Shown: piece by piece, positions 26,457 through 34,638 of the stretch
Numbering within the stretch: the stretch's first letter is position 1
Layout of the letters: every line of letters begins with the position of its first letter
Source: Candidatus Latescibacterota bacterium
GTDB taxonomy: Bacteria > Latescibacterota > UBA2968 > UBA8231
DNA: 64,000 nt
Assembly (NCBI GenBank): GCA_965197905.1
Contig: CBDAOB010000004.1
Coordinates: 608,001-672,000 of the forward strand
Reading direction: 5' to 3'
Program-made: the position numbers and the translations under genes
Notes under the pieces: generated by a model
Databases searched by the model: none
What the model saw: the letters and a program-made list of their open reading frames with translations, nothing else
What the model was told of the DNA's origin: nothing

Positions 26457-27590
26457 TCAGGCGCGCTTGGGAGTGGCTTCGCGCTGGGACTCGATCTCGC
26501 CGAGCAGCTTGTTGAAAGGCTCCTCGAACAACCGGACGGCGTCCACCTGAAGCTTATCGGTAACCTCCGCGATGGAAATACCGAGTTCGTCTAGCTTTGC
26601 GATAGTGGCCCGAGCACCCTCGACATCATCTTGAATCGTCGATTTGGGCACACCGTGATCGCGGAATGCCTTCACGGTGGCTTCTGGCATCGTATTGACC
26701 GTATCGGGCCCGATCAACTCTTCGACGTACATGACATCTCTGTACTCTGGATTTTTTGTGCTGGTACTTCCCCACAGAAGCCGCTGTGTGCGGGCGCCCT
26801 TGCCGGCCAGCTTCTCCCATCGCTCGCTCTGACACAACTCGCTATAGGCCTGGTACGCCAGCTTGGCGTTGGCGATGGCTACCTTGCCCATGAGCATGCG
26901 AGCCGACTCTGCGCCTTCAGCTTCGATTTCCCTTGCCTTTCGCTCTAGGATGTCGTCAACCATCGAGTCGATCCGGCTGATGAAGAAGCTGGCGACGCTG
27001 GAAACCGAATCCAAAGGACCTCCCTTTGCGGCCAGCGCCTCCAAGCCGCCCAAATATGCTTCCGCCGCCTGCAGGTAGTTGTCCACGGCGAACAACACCG
27101 TCACATTGACGTTTATTCCGTCCCCGATCAGTTGCTCGATCGCGGGGATCCCGGCTGCCGTCCCCGGCACCTTGATCATCAGATTCTCCCGGTCTACTTG
27201 AGCGGCCAGTCGGGTAGCCTCCCGAATTGTACCCGACGTATCGAAAGCTAGATGGGGCGATACCTCCAGGGACACGTAGCCATCTCTTCCGACGCTGGAA
27301 TCGTAGACCGGCTTGAGCAGATCAGCTACCCATTGAATGTCTTCGATGGCGATGGCTTCGTAGATCTCCTTCGCGTCCTTTCCGGTACGCGCAAGAGCCC
27401 GCAACGCCTGGGTGTAGTCGGAAGAACCAGATATCGCTTTCTCGAAGATCGCCGGATTCGAAGTGAGCCCGCGAAGACCATCGTTTTCGATGAGAGAAAG
27501 CAGTTCGCCGGACACGATGAGACGCCTGCTTATGCTGTCGAACCAGACGCTTTGGCCGAGACTGTGTAGCTCCACCAGGGGATTTGGCAT
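26457..27590 (-). CDS. tal: Transaldolase
   Basis: GQSVWFD, GLTSNPAIF, YVSLEVSP, NLMIKVP, SVASFFISR, QRLLWGST. AAGGAG RBS before ATG 27590. Confidence 0.95.
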   Translation of the reverse strand: MPNPLVELHSLGQSVWFDSISRRLIVSGELLSLIENDGLRGLTSNPAIFEKAISGSSDYTQALRALARTGKDAKEIYEAIAIEDIQWVADLLKPVYDSSVGRDGYVSLEVSPHLAFDTSGTIREATRLAAQVDRENLMIKVPGTAAGIPAIEQLIGDGINVNVTVLFAVDNYLQAAEAYLGGLEALAAKGGPLDSVSSVASFFISRIDSMVDDILERKAREIEAEGAESARMLMGKVAIANAKLAYQAYSELCQSERWEKLAGKGARTQRLLWGSTSTKNPEYRDVMYVEELIGPDTVNTMPEATVKAFRDHGVPKSTIQDDVEGARATIAKLDELGISIAEVTDKLQVDAVRLFEEPFNKLLGEIESQREATPKRA

Positions 27591-27651
27591 TGCAACTAAC
27601 TCCTTAGACATGAGGCCGGTTACCATCCCGGACAATCACTGCATCGGACAC

Positions 27652-27707
27652 AAAAAAACTCGCACCGGGGTTTGCGGCATAATTAACGAACATCCCCAGG
27701 TCCGAGC
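27652..27707 (-). terminator. Terminator-like hairpin 2 in the tal leader
   Basis: Minus strand GCUCGGACCUGGGG..CCCCGGUGCGAG followed by U7. Confidence 0.6.
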
Positions 27708-27710
27708 AAT

Positions 27711-27744
27711 AAAGAAAGGCTACAGCGGCAGTGCCACCATAGCC
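27711..27744 (-). terminator. Terminator-like hairpin 1 in the tal leader
   Basis: Minus strand GGCUAUGGUGGCA-C-UGCCGCUGUAGCC followed by UUUCUUU. Confidence 0.65.
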
Positions 27745-27771
27745 CCCCACTCCGCCTCGTTTGATGGTACC

Positions 27772-27800
27772 AAGGTAATTTCGCATGGCGAGATTGTCAA
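27772..27800 (-). promoter_or_regulatory. Putative sigma-70 promoter for the tal leader
   Basis: TTGACA-N17-TACCTT on the minus strand. Confidence 0.6.
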
Positions 27801-27864
27801 CGAGTATAACTCATCCTTCGCAGTTGCCTTGCGAAGATTGTTGGGGCACCACGCGTCCACTTTG

Positions 27865-27893
27865 TTGTAGCGTGCCTGGACGCAAACTATATT
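27865..27893 (+). promoter_or_regulatory. Putative promoter giving a leaderless epimerase mRNA
   Basis: TTGTAG-N17-TATATT, ATG 7 nt downstream, no Shine-Dalgarno. Confidence 0.5.
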
Positions 27894-27900
27894 CTCGTTC

Positions 27901-28783
27901 ATGGAGAGATACCTGGTAACGGGCGGAGCGGGATTCATCGGATCACACATGTGCGAAAAACTGCTGCGGGACGGCCACTCCGTTCGCATTCTGGACAATT
28001 TCTCCTCTGGAAAGGAAGCAAACCTCGCCGCCGTTCAGGCAGACGTGGAGATTCTCGACGGTGATGTTCGCGAAGAAGAAATGGTAGGTCGCGCGGTCAA
28101 AGACGTGGACATCATAGTACATCACGCAGCCATCGCTTCCGTCGCCCACTCTGTGGAAAACCCGATACTTGAGCACGAAGCGATTTGTTCTTGCCAGCAC
28201 GGCGGCAGCGTACGGCGACGATCCAACACCGGCGAAAAAGGAATCCTTAAGACCTCGACCCCAGTCTCCCTATGCCATCTCGAAGGTTTCGTCGGAACAC
28301 TACTGCCGCGTATACAGCGACCTGTTCAGCCTCGAAATGATTGTGTTGCGCTATTTCAACGTTTTTGGTCCGCGCCAGGATGCTAGTTCGGATTACTCGG
28401 GCGTCATTTCGATCTTCGTCGATCGCATGCTCGAAGGTCGGCGACCGAAAATCTTCGGCGATGGTGAGCAATCACGCGATTTCGTATTCGTCGACGACGT
28501 GGTTAATGCGACATTGTCGGCCTGCGAGGCGCCACGTGCCAGCGGAGAGATCTTCAACGTGGGATGCGGGTGCGGTATTTCCGTTGGTCAGCTTGTGCGA
28601 GAGCTCAATTCGATTCTCGATTCCGCTATCGAGCCCGAGTTCGCAGCGCAACGGCCGGGAGACCTGAGATCCTCGCTCGCGGACATATCAAACGCCGAGA
28701 AGCACTTGGGATACGCTCCGACAGTCAGCTTCGCCCTGGGTCTGAGACGAACGGTCGACTGGGTTCGAACGCAAGGCTCCTGA
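27901..28783 (+). pseudogene. NAD-dependent epimerase/dehydratase (UDP-sugar 4-epimerase-like) with an internal deletion and frameshift
   Basis: VTGGAGFIGSH in frame 1; ASTAAAYG, YAISK and RYFNVFGPRQ in frame 2. The usual VNxxGTxNxL segment is missing at about 28177-28180. Confidence 0.85.
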
Positions 28784-28905
28784 CTCAAGGTTGAATTCGA
28801 CATGTTTGGTATTCGAACTTCAACAAACCTATATTGCACAGAAGTATTTCGGGACCAAAACGGCGAAGGAATTGAAAAGGCGCGTCTACTCGCGAATCCG
28901 ATCTC

Positions 28906-30081
28906 TTGGCAACCATCGTAGACGGCAAAAAACGGATCCCGTTCATGAGAGGAATGCTGGTGCATTATCTCATAGAGCGAGATTTCAGCCATGAGGAGGC
29001 TTCGAGCGTAGCCAACGCCATGCGCGATTCGCTGGCGAAAGAGAAGGAGATTCCCCGCAAGGAATTCCTGAAGATCCTGACCAAGCAGATTCGCAAAGAT
29101 TACGGCGAGCGGTCGGTCGGGGACCTCGTCTTCTGGGAACCTCCTCCGGCAAGCCTCACCGTTGAGACGGAAGACGGCAGCCGACCCTTCTCACACGAGG
29201 TACTTTCTCACTCCATACAGGCCTCCGGGCTACCTCCGGACAGCTCTTATCAGATTGCTCGGGCCATCTCCTCCAGGTTGACGGATGAACGGCGGATCCA
29301 GATCACTCATCGCGTATTGGAGGATCTCGCCGCCGACATGCTTGCCGCAGAGCATGGCAAAGCGTATTCAGAGCGATATCGACTGTGGAGGAGTTGGGGG
29401 GAATCAGGAAAACCACTCATCGTGTTAATCGGCGGCGCCAGCGGAGTCGGGAAGACATCGCTGGCGATCAATCTTGCAAGCATGCTGGACATCCCTAGGG
29501 TCGTGGCGACCGACGACATACGCCAGATCATGCGTTTGATGCTGGCGCGGGAGTTGATGCCCTGCCTGCACACCTCGTCCTATGCCACCGAGCCCCCCGA
29601 TTCTGAAGTAGCGGTATTGGATCCCGTGGTGACTGGTTTTCGCGAGCAATCGCAGACCATCTGTGTTGGTGTACGCGCTATTATGAGCAGGTGCATCGAA
29701 GAAAGTACCAGCGTTATTCTGGATGGAGTGCATCTGCTACCCGATTTTCTCGATATCGGAAAGTTCGCCAAGGACGCTTTCGTGGTGCAGATCTGCCTCG
29801 CACTTCTGGACAGGGACGTTTACGAAGCTCGATTCGCCAAGAGGGCAACGGAGGCGCCTGCGCGCCCGGCGGATCGCTATCTCGCCCATATCAAGGAGAT
29901 TCTACAGGTTCAGGATCACATTGTGGAACGCAATATCGCCTACGAGAATCCGGTCATAGAAGTAGGTATAATCGAAGATGTGACCAGTGCTGCCGTTTTG
30001 ATGGTCGGCGAACGCCTGCAGGAGCAGCAAGAGGCTCAAAAATCGGGGACAAACGGACACAAGAAGAAGAAGCGCGCGTGA
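28906..30081 (+). CDS. 2-phosphoglycerate kinase-like protein (two ATP-cone-like domains plus P-loop kinase)
   Basis: IPFMRGML and RPFSHEVL.HSI.ASGL ATP-cone motifs; LIGGASGVGKT, VVATDDIRQIMR, LHTSSY, ILDGVHL. Confidence 0.82.
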   Translation: MATIVDGKKRIPFMRGMLVHYLIERDFSHEEASSVANAMRDSLAKEKEIPRKEFLKILTKQIRKDYGERSVGDLVFWEPPPASLTVETEDGSRPFSHEVLSHSIQASGLPPDSSYQIARAISSRLTDERRIQITHRVLEDLAADMLAAEHGKAYSERYRLWRSWGESGKPLIVLIGGASGVGKTSLAINLASMLDIPRVVATDDIRQIMRLMLARELMPCLHTSSYATEPPDSEVAVLDPVVTGFREQSQTICVGVRAIMSRCIEESTSVILDGVHLLPDFLDIGKFAKDAFVVQICLALLDRDVYEARFAKRATEAPARPADRYLAHIKEILQVQDHIVERNIAYENPVIEVGIIEDVTSAAVLMVGERLQEQQEAQKSGTNGHKKKKRA

Positions 30082-30117
30082 AAACTCGAGAACGCGCTAC
30101 AGAGCCGGCAATATAGT

Positions 30118-30146
30118 TTGCTTCCCCTTCTCTAAATTGATATATT
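30118..30146 (+). promoter_or_regulatory. Putative sigma-70 promoter for the bactofilin gene
   Basis: TTGCTT-N17-TATATT. Confidence 0.55.
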
Positions 30147-30201
30147 CAGAAACTTGGTCTAGCATCAGTCGGCAGCATCTCTAAACCATTGGGAAAATAA
30201 G

Positions 30202-30681
30202 ATGTTGGGTAAGAAGGAAAACGGCGCGATTCCGAGCGGCAATCAAACGCTGAATACGATTATCGGTCGCGGCACCCTCTTCGAAGGAACCATGCAAGTA
30301 GAGAATAGCGTTCGTGTCGATGGCATCTTCAAGGGTGAGCTGACTTGCTCCGGAGCGCTCACTATTAGTCAGTCCGGTGAGGCCTACGCACACCTGGAAG
30401 GCAAAGACATCTATATCAATGGCATCGTGCGAGGCACGGTTCGCGCCGAAAAGGTGCGGCTCGACAGCCAAGCGCGATTCATCGGCGATATTCATGCGAA
30501 CGCCCTTTCCGTCTCTGAGGGCGCGGTATTTCACGGCAGCTGTGCCATGGAAGTCGACGAGGATGAAACGGCAACCGCTTCCAAGCAGGTATCGCTGGCC
30601 TCTGCTGAATCTAGGCGGAAAGAAGAATCCCCGCAGCCATTGCGGGCTGCCGGAGGCGAAACCCAGATCGTCAAGAACTAG
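30202..30681 (+). CDS. Bactofilin (polymer-forming cytoskeletal protein)
   Basis: NTIIGRGTLFEG..VRVDG.FKGE...INGIVRG...IGDI....L.V.EGAVFHGSC.M. Confidence 0.93.
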   Translation: MLGKKENGAIPSGNQTLNTIIGRGTLFEGTMQVENSVRVDGIFKGELTCSGALTISQSGEAYAHLEGKDIYINGIVRGTVRAEKVRLDSQARFIGDIHANALSVSEGAVFHGSCAMEVDEDETATASKQVSLASAESRRKEESPQPLRAAGGETQIVKN

Positions 30682-30801
30682 CCTTCTGCTGCGGCGATCC
30701 TGGCCGTCGCGGAAAATCTGTCCGTTCTCGCCATCGCAGGGCGCTTCTCCGTTCCACTATAACTGATTGGTTTTGTTGGCTTTACTGCAATGGCCTGGCC
30801 G

Positions 30802-30817
30802 TGGTATAGGCTTTGCT
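30802..30817 (+). promoter_or_regulatory. Sigma-54 (-24/-12) promoter upstream of flagellin
   Basis: TGGTATAGGCTTTGCT is GG-N10-GC with TTGC; 37 nt upstream of the ATG, which has a GGAGGAG RBS. Confidence 0.6.
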
Positions 30818-30854
30818 ATTGATGTGATCGAACCATTTCGATTGCGGAGGAGCC

Positions 30855-31682
30855 ATGCCGGCAAGAATCAATCACAACGCCCATCTCAAACAGATCCACC
30901 AAAATCTCTCTCTTCACGCAGCTGAGAGCGCCAAACAGATTAGGCAGCTCGCCTCTGGACGTCGGGTGGATCGCTCCAGCGACGATCCCGCCAGTCTCGC
31001 TCTTGCCAACGGGATAAAATCTGAGATCGCAGCCCTCTCCGAGGGCACCCGCAACATGCAGCAGAGCATCAGCATGTTACAGGTTGCCGATGGCTCCATG
31101 GGCGAGATCAACAACATGATTCGGCGCATGAGCAGCCTCGCCGCCCAGTCCGCTAGCCTAACCTACAACGACGTCGATCGGCGCAATATCAATCAGGAAT
31201 TCCAGCAGCTAAAGCTGGAGATCGATCGAATAGCCAATTCCACCACCTACAACGGGGTTGTCCTGCTAAAGGAACCCAACCTGTTCCTAATTCAGACGGG
31301 TCCCACCGAGACCAGCAACGATATATCACGGGTAACCATCGACGATATGCGGGCCTCCGGTCCGAAACTGAGTATCGGCACTACATCCATAAACACTGCT
31401 ACGGATGCTCAGGCAGCCCTGCCAGATTTACAAAATGCTCTTCGCGTCGTCATCAGTGAGCGCAATCGCATCGGTGCGTTTCAGGGTCGTTTGGAGATGG
31501 CCATGAACACGTCGGCTCGCGTAATCGAGAGAATGAGTGACTCCGAGTCCTCCATCCGCGACGTTGATCTGGCCAAGGCGGTCACCGGGTTGAGCAGCTC
31601 GCAGATTCTCGCTCAAACGGCAACCAGCTTCGCCCTAGAAGCAGACCTAAATATCGAGCGCGTCCTTTCGCTGCTGCAATGA
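30855..31682 (+). CDS. Flagellin (D0/D1 only, divergent)
   Basis: RINHN, LASGRRV...DDPA, LQVADG, EIDRIA..TTYNG, RIGAFQGRLE, IRDVD.A, VLSLLQ. Confidence 0.9.
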   Translation: MPARINHNAHLKQIHQNLSLHAAESAKQIRQLASGRRVDRSSDDPASLALANGIKSEIAALSEGTRNMQQSISMLQVADGSMGEINNMIRRMSSLAAQSASLTYNDVDRRNINQEFQQLKLEIDRIANSTTYNGVVLLKEPNLFLIQTGPTETSNDISRVTIDDMRASGPKLSIGTTSINTATDAQAALPDLQNALRVVISERNRIGAFQGRLEMAMNTSARVIERMSDSESSIRDVDLAKAVTGLSSSQILAQTATSFALEADLNIERVLSLLQ

Positions 31683-31716
31683 CCTTCTCGGTTCAAGCGA
31701 CTGGACCGACAATCCT

Positions 31717-32661
31717 TCAAAAAATCAGATAGAGCCGAAGGTCGGGATAGAACCGTACCGTTGGCGCCGGAAAGTGCAGCCAATTGAGCTGCTCTTTGAA
31801 AAATCCCCACACACGTCCAGACCTTGGCAGATAGCGGGCATCATAGTCCAGCGCCAGGAACAGCTCGGAACGGGCGTTGGGTCTATCCCGATAGAATCTG
31901 TTGGGTCCTTTGCTCTTCACGTTGCTACCGTGGAGCCCGTTGGCGCCGTAACCGACGGCGACTCCGAGAAAATCCGGCCATAACTCCTTGGCGCGACCCT
32001 TGAGCAGCGGTTCTACTGCTAGCGACAGCCAGAACGTCATACCCTCGTAGTCATCGATAAGATGCCCGATATGTGCACGATTTTCCGCGGCCCTTTCTTC
32101 GTTGTCGAGGTACAATGGTGAAGGTATGTAGCTGAATTTGAAGCGCACAATCTGAGTCGCGGGCCACAGGTTGTGGACGAGCGGCACACTGGCGCCCACG
32201 CTGTTGGCAACGAAATCCGGGATGCTGAATCCCCATTGATCGAAATGAGCGTCCCGCATTTCGACTTCGAGCAACGCCACCCAGCTCGTTGCCGTTCCCA
32301 GCATCGCGGCCGTGCGAGGTGTGAACCCGCTCCAGTGGAGCGATTCGGTAAGGGTTTGAGCGAGCACCGCGCCTCCCATAAAATGGCCCCACTTGTCGAG
32401 GTTGAGGTAGGTGTCGCCCCCCCAGTCGTTGATCCAACGGATCTCGTCCTGTTTCTGACCTTGGTACCAAGCTCGGTCCACGTAACGGTAACCCAGATAA
32501 CGAAAGGTGGCGGCCCCGCCTGCAATCAACGCGATCCGGTCGAATCGGACTGCCTTTTTGACGAGGGACCCGTCGTTGTCGGGGTTGCCATCCGGGACGT
32601 CGGCAGAAGCGCCGCTAAGAAAGATGGAGAATATGACGATAGTGAGAATGGCTGGGGACAT
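31717..32661 (-). CDS. DUF2279/YfiM-like exported protein
   Basis: Signal peptide; DKWGHF, EMRD....WGFS.PDF.ANSVG, IDDYEGMTFWLS, LGVAVGYG. Confidence 0.75.
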   Translation of the reverse strand: MSPAILTIVIFSIFLSGASADVPDGNPDNDGSLVKKAVRFDRIALIAGGAATFRYLGYRYVDRAWYQGQKQDEIRWINDWGGDTYLNLDKWGHFMGGAVLAQTLTESLHWSGFTPRTAAMLGTATSWVALLEVEMRDAHFDQWGFSIPDFVANSVGASVPLVHNLWPATQIVRFKFSYIPSPLYLDNEERAAENRAHIGHLIDDYEGMTFWLSLAVEPLLKGRAKELWPDFLGVAVGYGANGLHGSNVKSKGPNRFYRDRPNARSELFLALDYDARYLPRSGRVWGFFKEQLNWLHFPAPTVRFYPDLRLYLIF

Positions 32662-32836
32662 GAGCCGATCGGGTGGAACCACCGCGATATGTAGCGAGTC
32701 TTTGTGTAGCAGAGATATTGGCGGTGTGTTACTTTTGAGAAAATCTTGGCCGTGATTGGCCACGGGAAGAACGTCGGGGGAAGTATACGACAAAGGAACG
32801 AGCCATACAAAGTGGACGGCTTATTGCAGATGCTCT

Positions 32837-34615
32837 ATGAATGAGTCAGAGACGCCGTCCTCAACCGCAGAAGTCAAGCGTCGGCGACGCCGGCAGAAAG
32901 CTCCTGTGGAGGAGGTGGGCGAGACCCTTTCTCCAGCTGCCCTTCGCGCCCCCACTCCGGCTCAAGCCGACCGCCGCCGACGGATGTGGCCGCGGTGGAA
33001 TCTGGAGAGCCTATCCTCGCTGGGTCTGACGCCCACCTTCAGAGCGTATATCTTCGTCGGCAGCATCGTAGCAATACTCGCTTTCCTGTTGTACAACGAA
33101 TCGATAATCCGTGAGTTTCGCGACGGCGAACGCGGTCGCGTGAAACTGTATGCCGATTTGTACGCGTTTGCCGCCTCACCGCTGGCCACCGGAGAACAAA
33201 CCGAGCTGATCTTCCGGGAAGTACTGACCAATCCCCGGGGCGATTTCCCGATCATATTCACCGACTACAGGGGCGAAATACTCAACTGGAAAGGCGAAGG
33301 GCTTCCCGAACCGAACGACCACTCCGTTACCGCGCAGGAAGAGCTGCGCTCCGCGATCAAGAAGATGGACGCGAAGAACGCCCCTATCCCTTTCGAGATT
33401 TCAGCCACCTCCCTTGGCAAGTTGCTCCACGATTCCAGCAACATGATCGTTCTCGACAGTAACAATCGGGTCGTCGCCTGGCGCGGCACGGACCTGCCAG
33501 CTGAGGAGGATTCTTCCACCGTCGCACTTGGTGTTGTGCAGCGGCTGAAACTGAAGCTGGCGGCGGAGAGCGAACCGCTGGAGTTCGAAATCGGGTCGAA
33601 CGGGCGCAGCTACGTTCACTTCGACGGGAAAGATCTGATCGTCACCGACACGCTCAACGAGGTAGTCGCCTGGCGCGGCGACAACCTCCCTGCCACGGGC
33701 GATTCCACCGCGACCGCGGTGCAGACCGTTGCCGAAGCGGTGCGCCGGATTGCTTCAGATCATGCACCCCTTGCGTTCGAGATCACGTCAACCTATCGCA
33801 ACTTCATTCACTACGGCGATTCTCATTTGCTCAGCCGCATTACCCTGGCGCCCTTCATTCAGATTGGCGTGCTGTTGCTGTTCCTGCTCATCGGCTACGT
33901 CGGGTTTCGCAACATCCGTCGCAGTGAGCAGCGTTCCATCTGGGTCGGAATGGCCAAAGAGACGGCCCATCAGCTTGGGACACCCCTTTCCTCCATTTCA
34001 GGTTGGTTGGAGTTGATTCAAAGTGAAATCGATCTGAATCGGGATTCGCCCGAAAGATTGGAGCAGATTCGCCGCATGATCGGCGAAATGCAGAAGGACA
34101 TGGGGCGTCTCGGCAAGATCGCTTCCCGATTCAGCCAAATAGGATCGATCCCCGAGCTAAGATTGGCGGACGTGGGAACGGTTTTGGAGGAGACCATTAC
34201 CTATTTCCGTGACCGCGGACCGCAGTTCGGCAAACATCAGATCCGCATCGATCGTGGAGATGAGCTGCCAGCAGTGCCGCTGAACGCCGAGCTAATGAGC
34301 TGGGTTTTCGAGAATCTGTTCAAGAATGCCATGGACGCCATCGGCCGCAAACCGGGAGAAATCGAAGTCCGCGTTCGGCCCGCTGATGGCGACAAGGGTG
34401 TCAATATCACTTTTCAAGACAACGGATGTGGAATCTCCGCGGAGAATGTGAGTAGAGTATTCGAACCCGGGTTCAGCACGAAGAAGCGCGGTTGGGGCCT
34501 GGGATTGGCATTTGTCAAACGCATAGTAGAGGAGTATCACAAGGGGAAAATAGCCATCGCGAGGAGTACACCGGACGAAGGTACGGTGATCGAAATTAAC
34601 TTGCCCCCGGGCTAA
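32837..34615 (+). CDS. Membrane-bound sensor histidine kinase with a triplicated periplasmic module
   Basis: Two transmembrane helices; H-box WVGMAKETAHQLGTPLSS; ENLFKNAMDA, DNGCG, FEPGFSTKKRGWGLGL. Confidence 0.93.
   Translation: MNESETPSSTAEVKRRRRRQKAPVEEVGETLSPAALRAPTPAQADRRRRMWPRWNLESLSSLGLTPTFRAYIFVGSIVAILAFLLYNESIIREFRDGERGRVKLYADLYAFAASPLATGEQTELIFREVLTNPRGDFPIIFTDYRGEILNWKGEGLPEPNDHSVTAQEELRSAIKKMDAKNAPIPFEISATSLGKLLHDSSNMIVLDSNNRVVAWRGTDLPAEEDSSTVALGVVQRLKLKLAAESEPLEFEIGSNGRSYVHFDGKDLIVTDTLNEVVAWRGDNLPATGDSTATAVQTVAEAVRRIASDHAPLAFEITSTYRNFIHYGDSHLLSRITLAPFIQIGVLLLFLLIGYVGFRNIRRSEQRSIWVGMAKETAHQLGTPLSSISGWLELIQSEIDLNRDSPERLEQIRRMIGEMQKDMGRLGKIASRFSQIGSIPELRLADVGTVLEETITYFRDRGPQFGKHQIRIDRGDELPAVPLNAELMSWVFENLFKNAMDAIGRKPGEIEVRVRPADGDKGVNITFQDNGCGISAENVSRVFEPGFSTKKRGWGLGLAFVKRIVEEYHKGKIAIARSTPDEGTVIEINLPPG
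33251..33784 (+). repeat. Three diverged 192-nt (64-aa) repeats in the kinase sensor domain
   Basis: Units start at 33251, 33443 and 33635; each reads (I/M/L)I..D....V..W.G..LP...D.S...P..FEI. Confidence 0.9.
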
Positions 34616-34638
34616 CAACCGAAAGGTTCATTTCTCCA

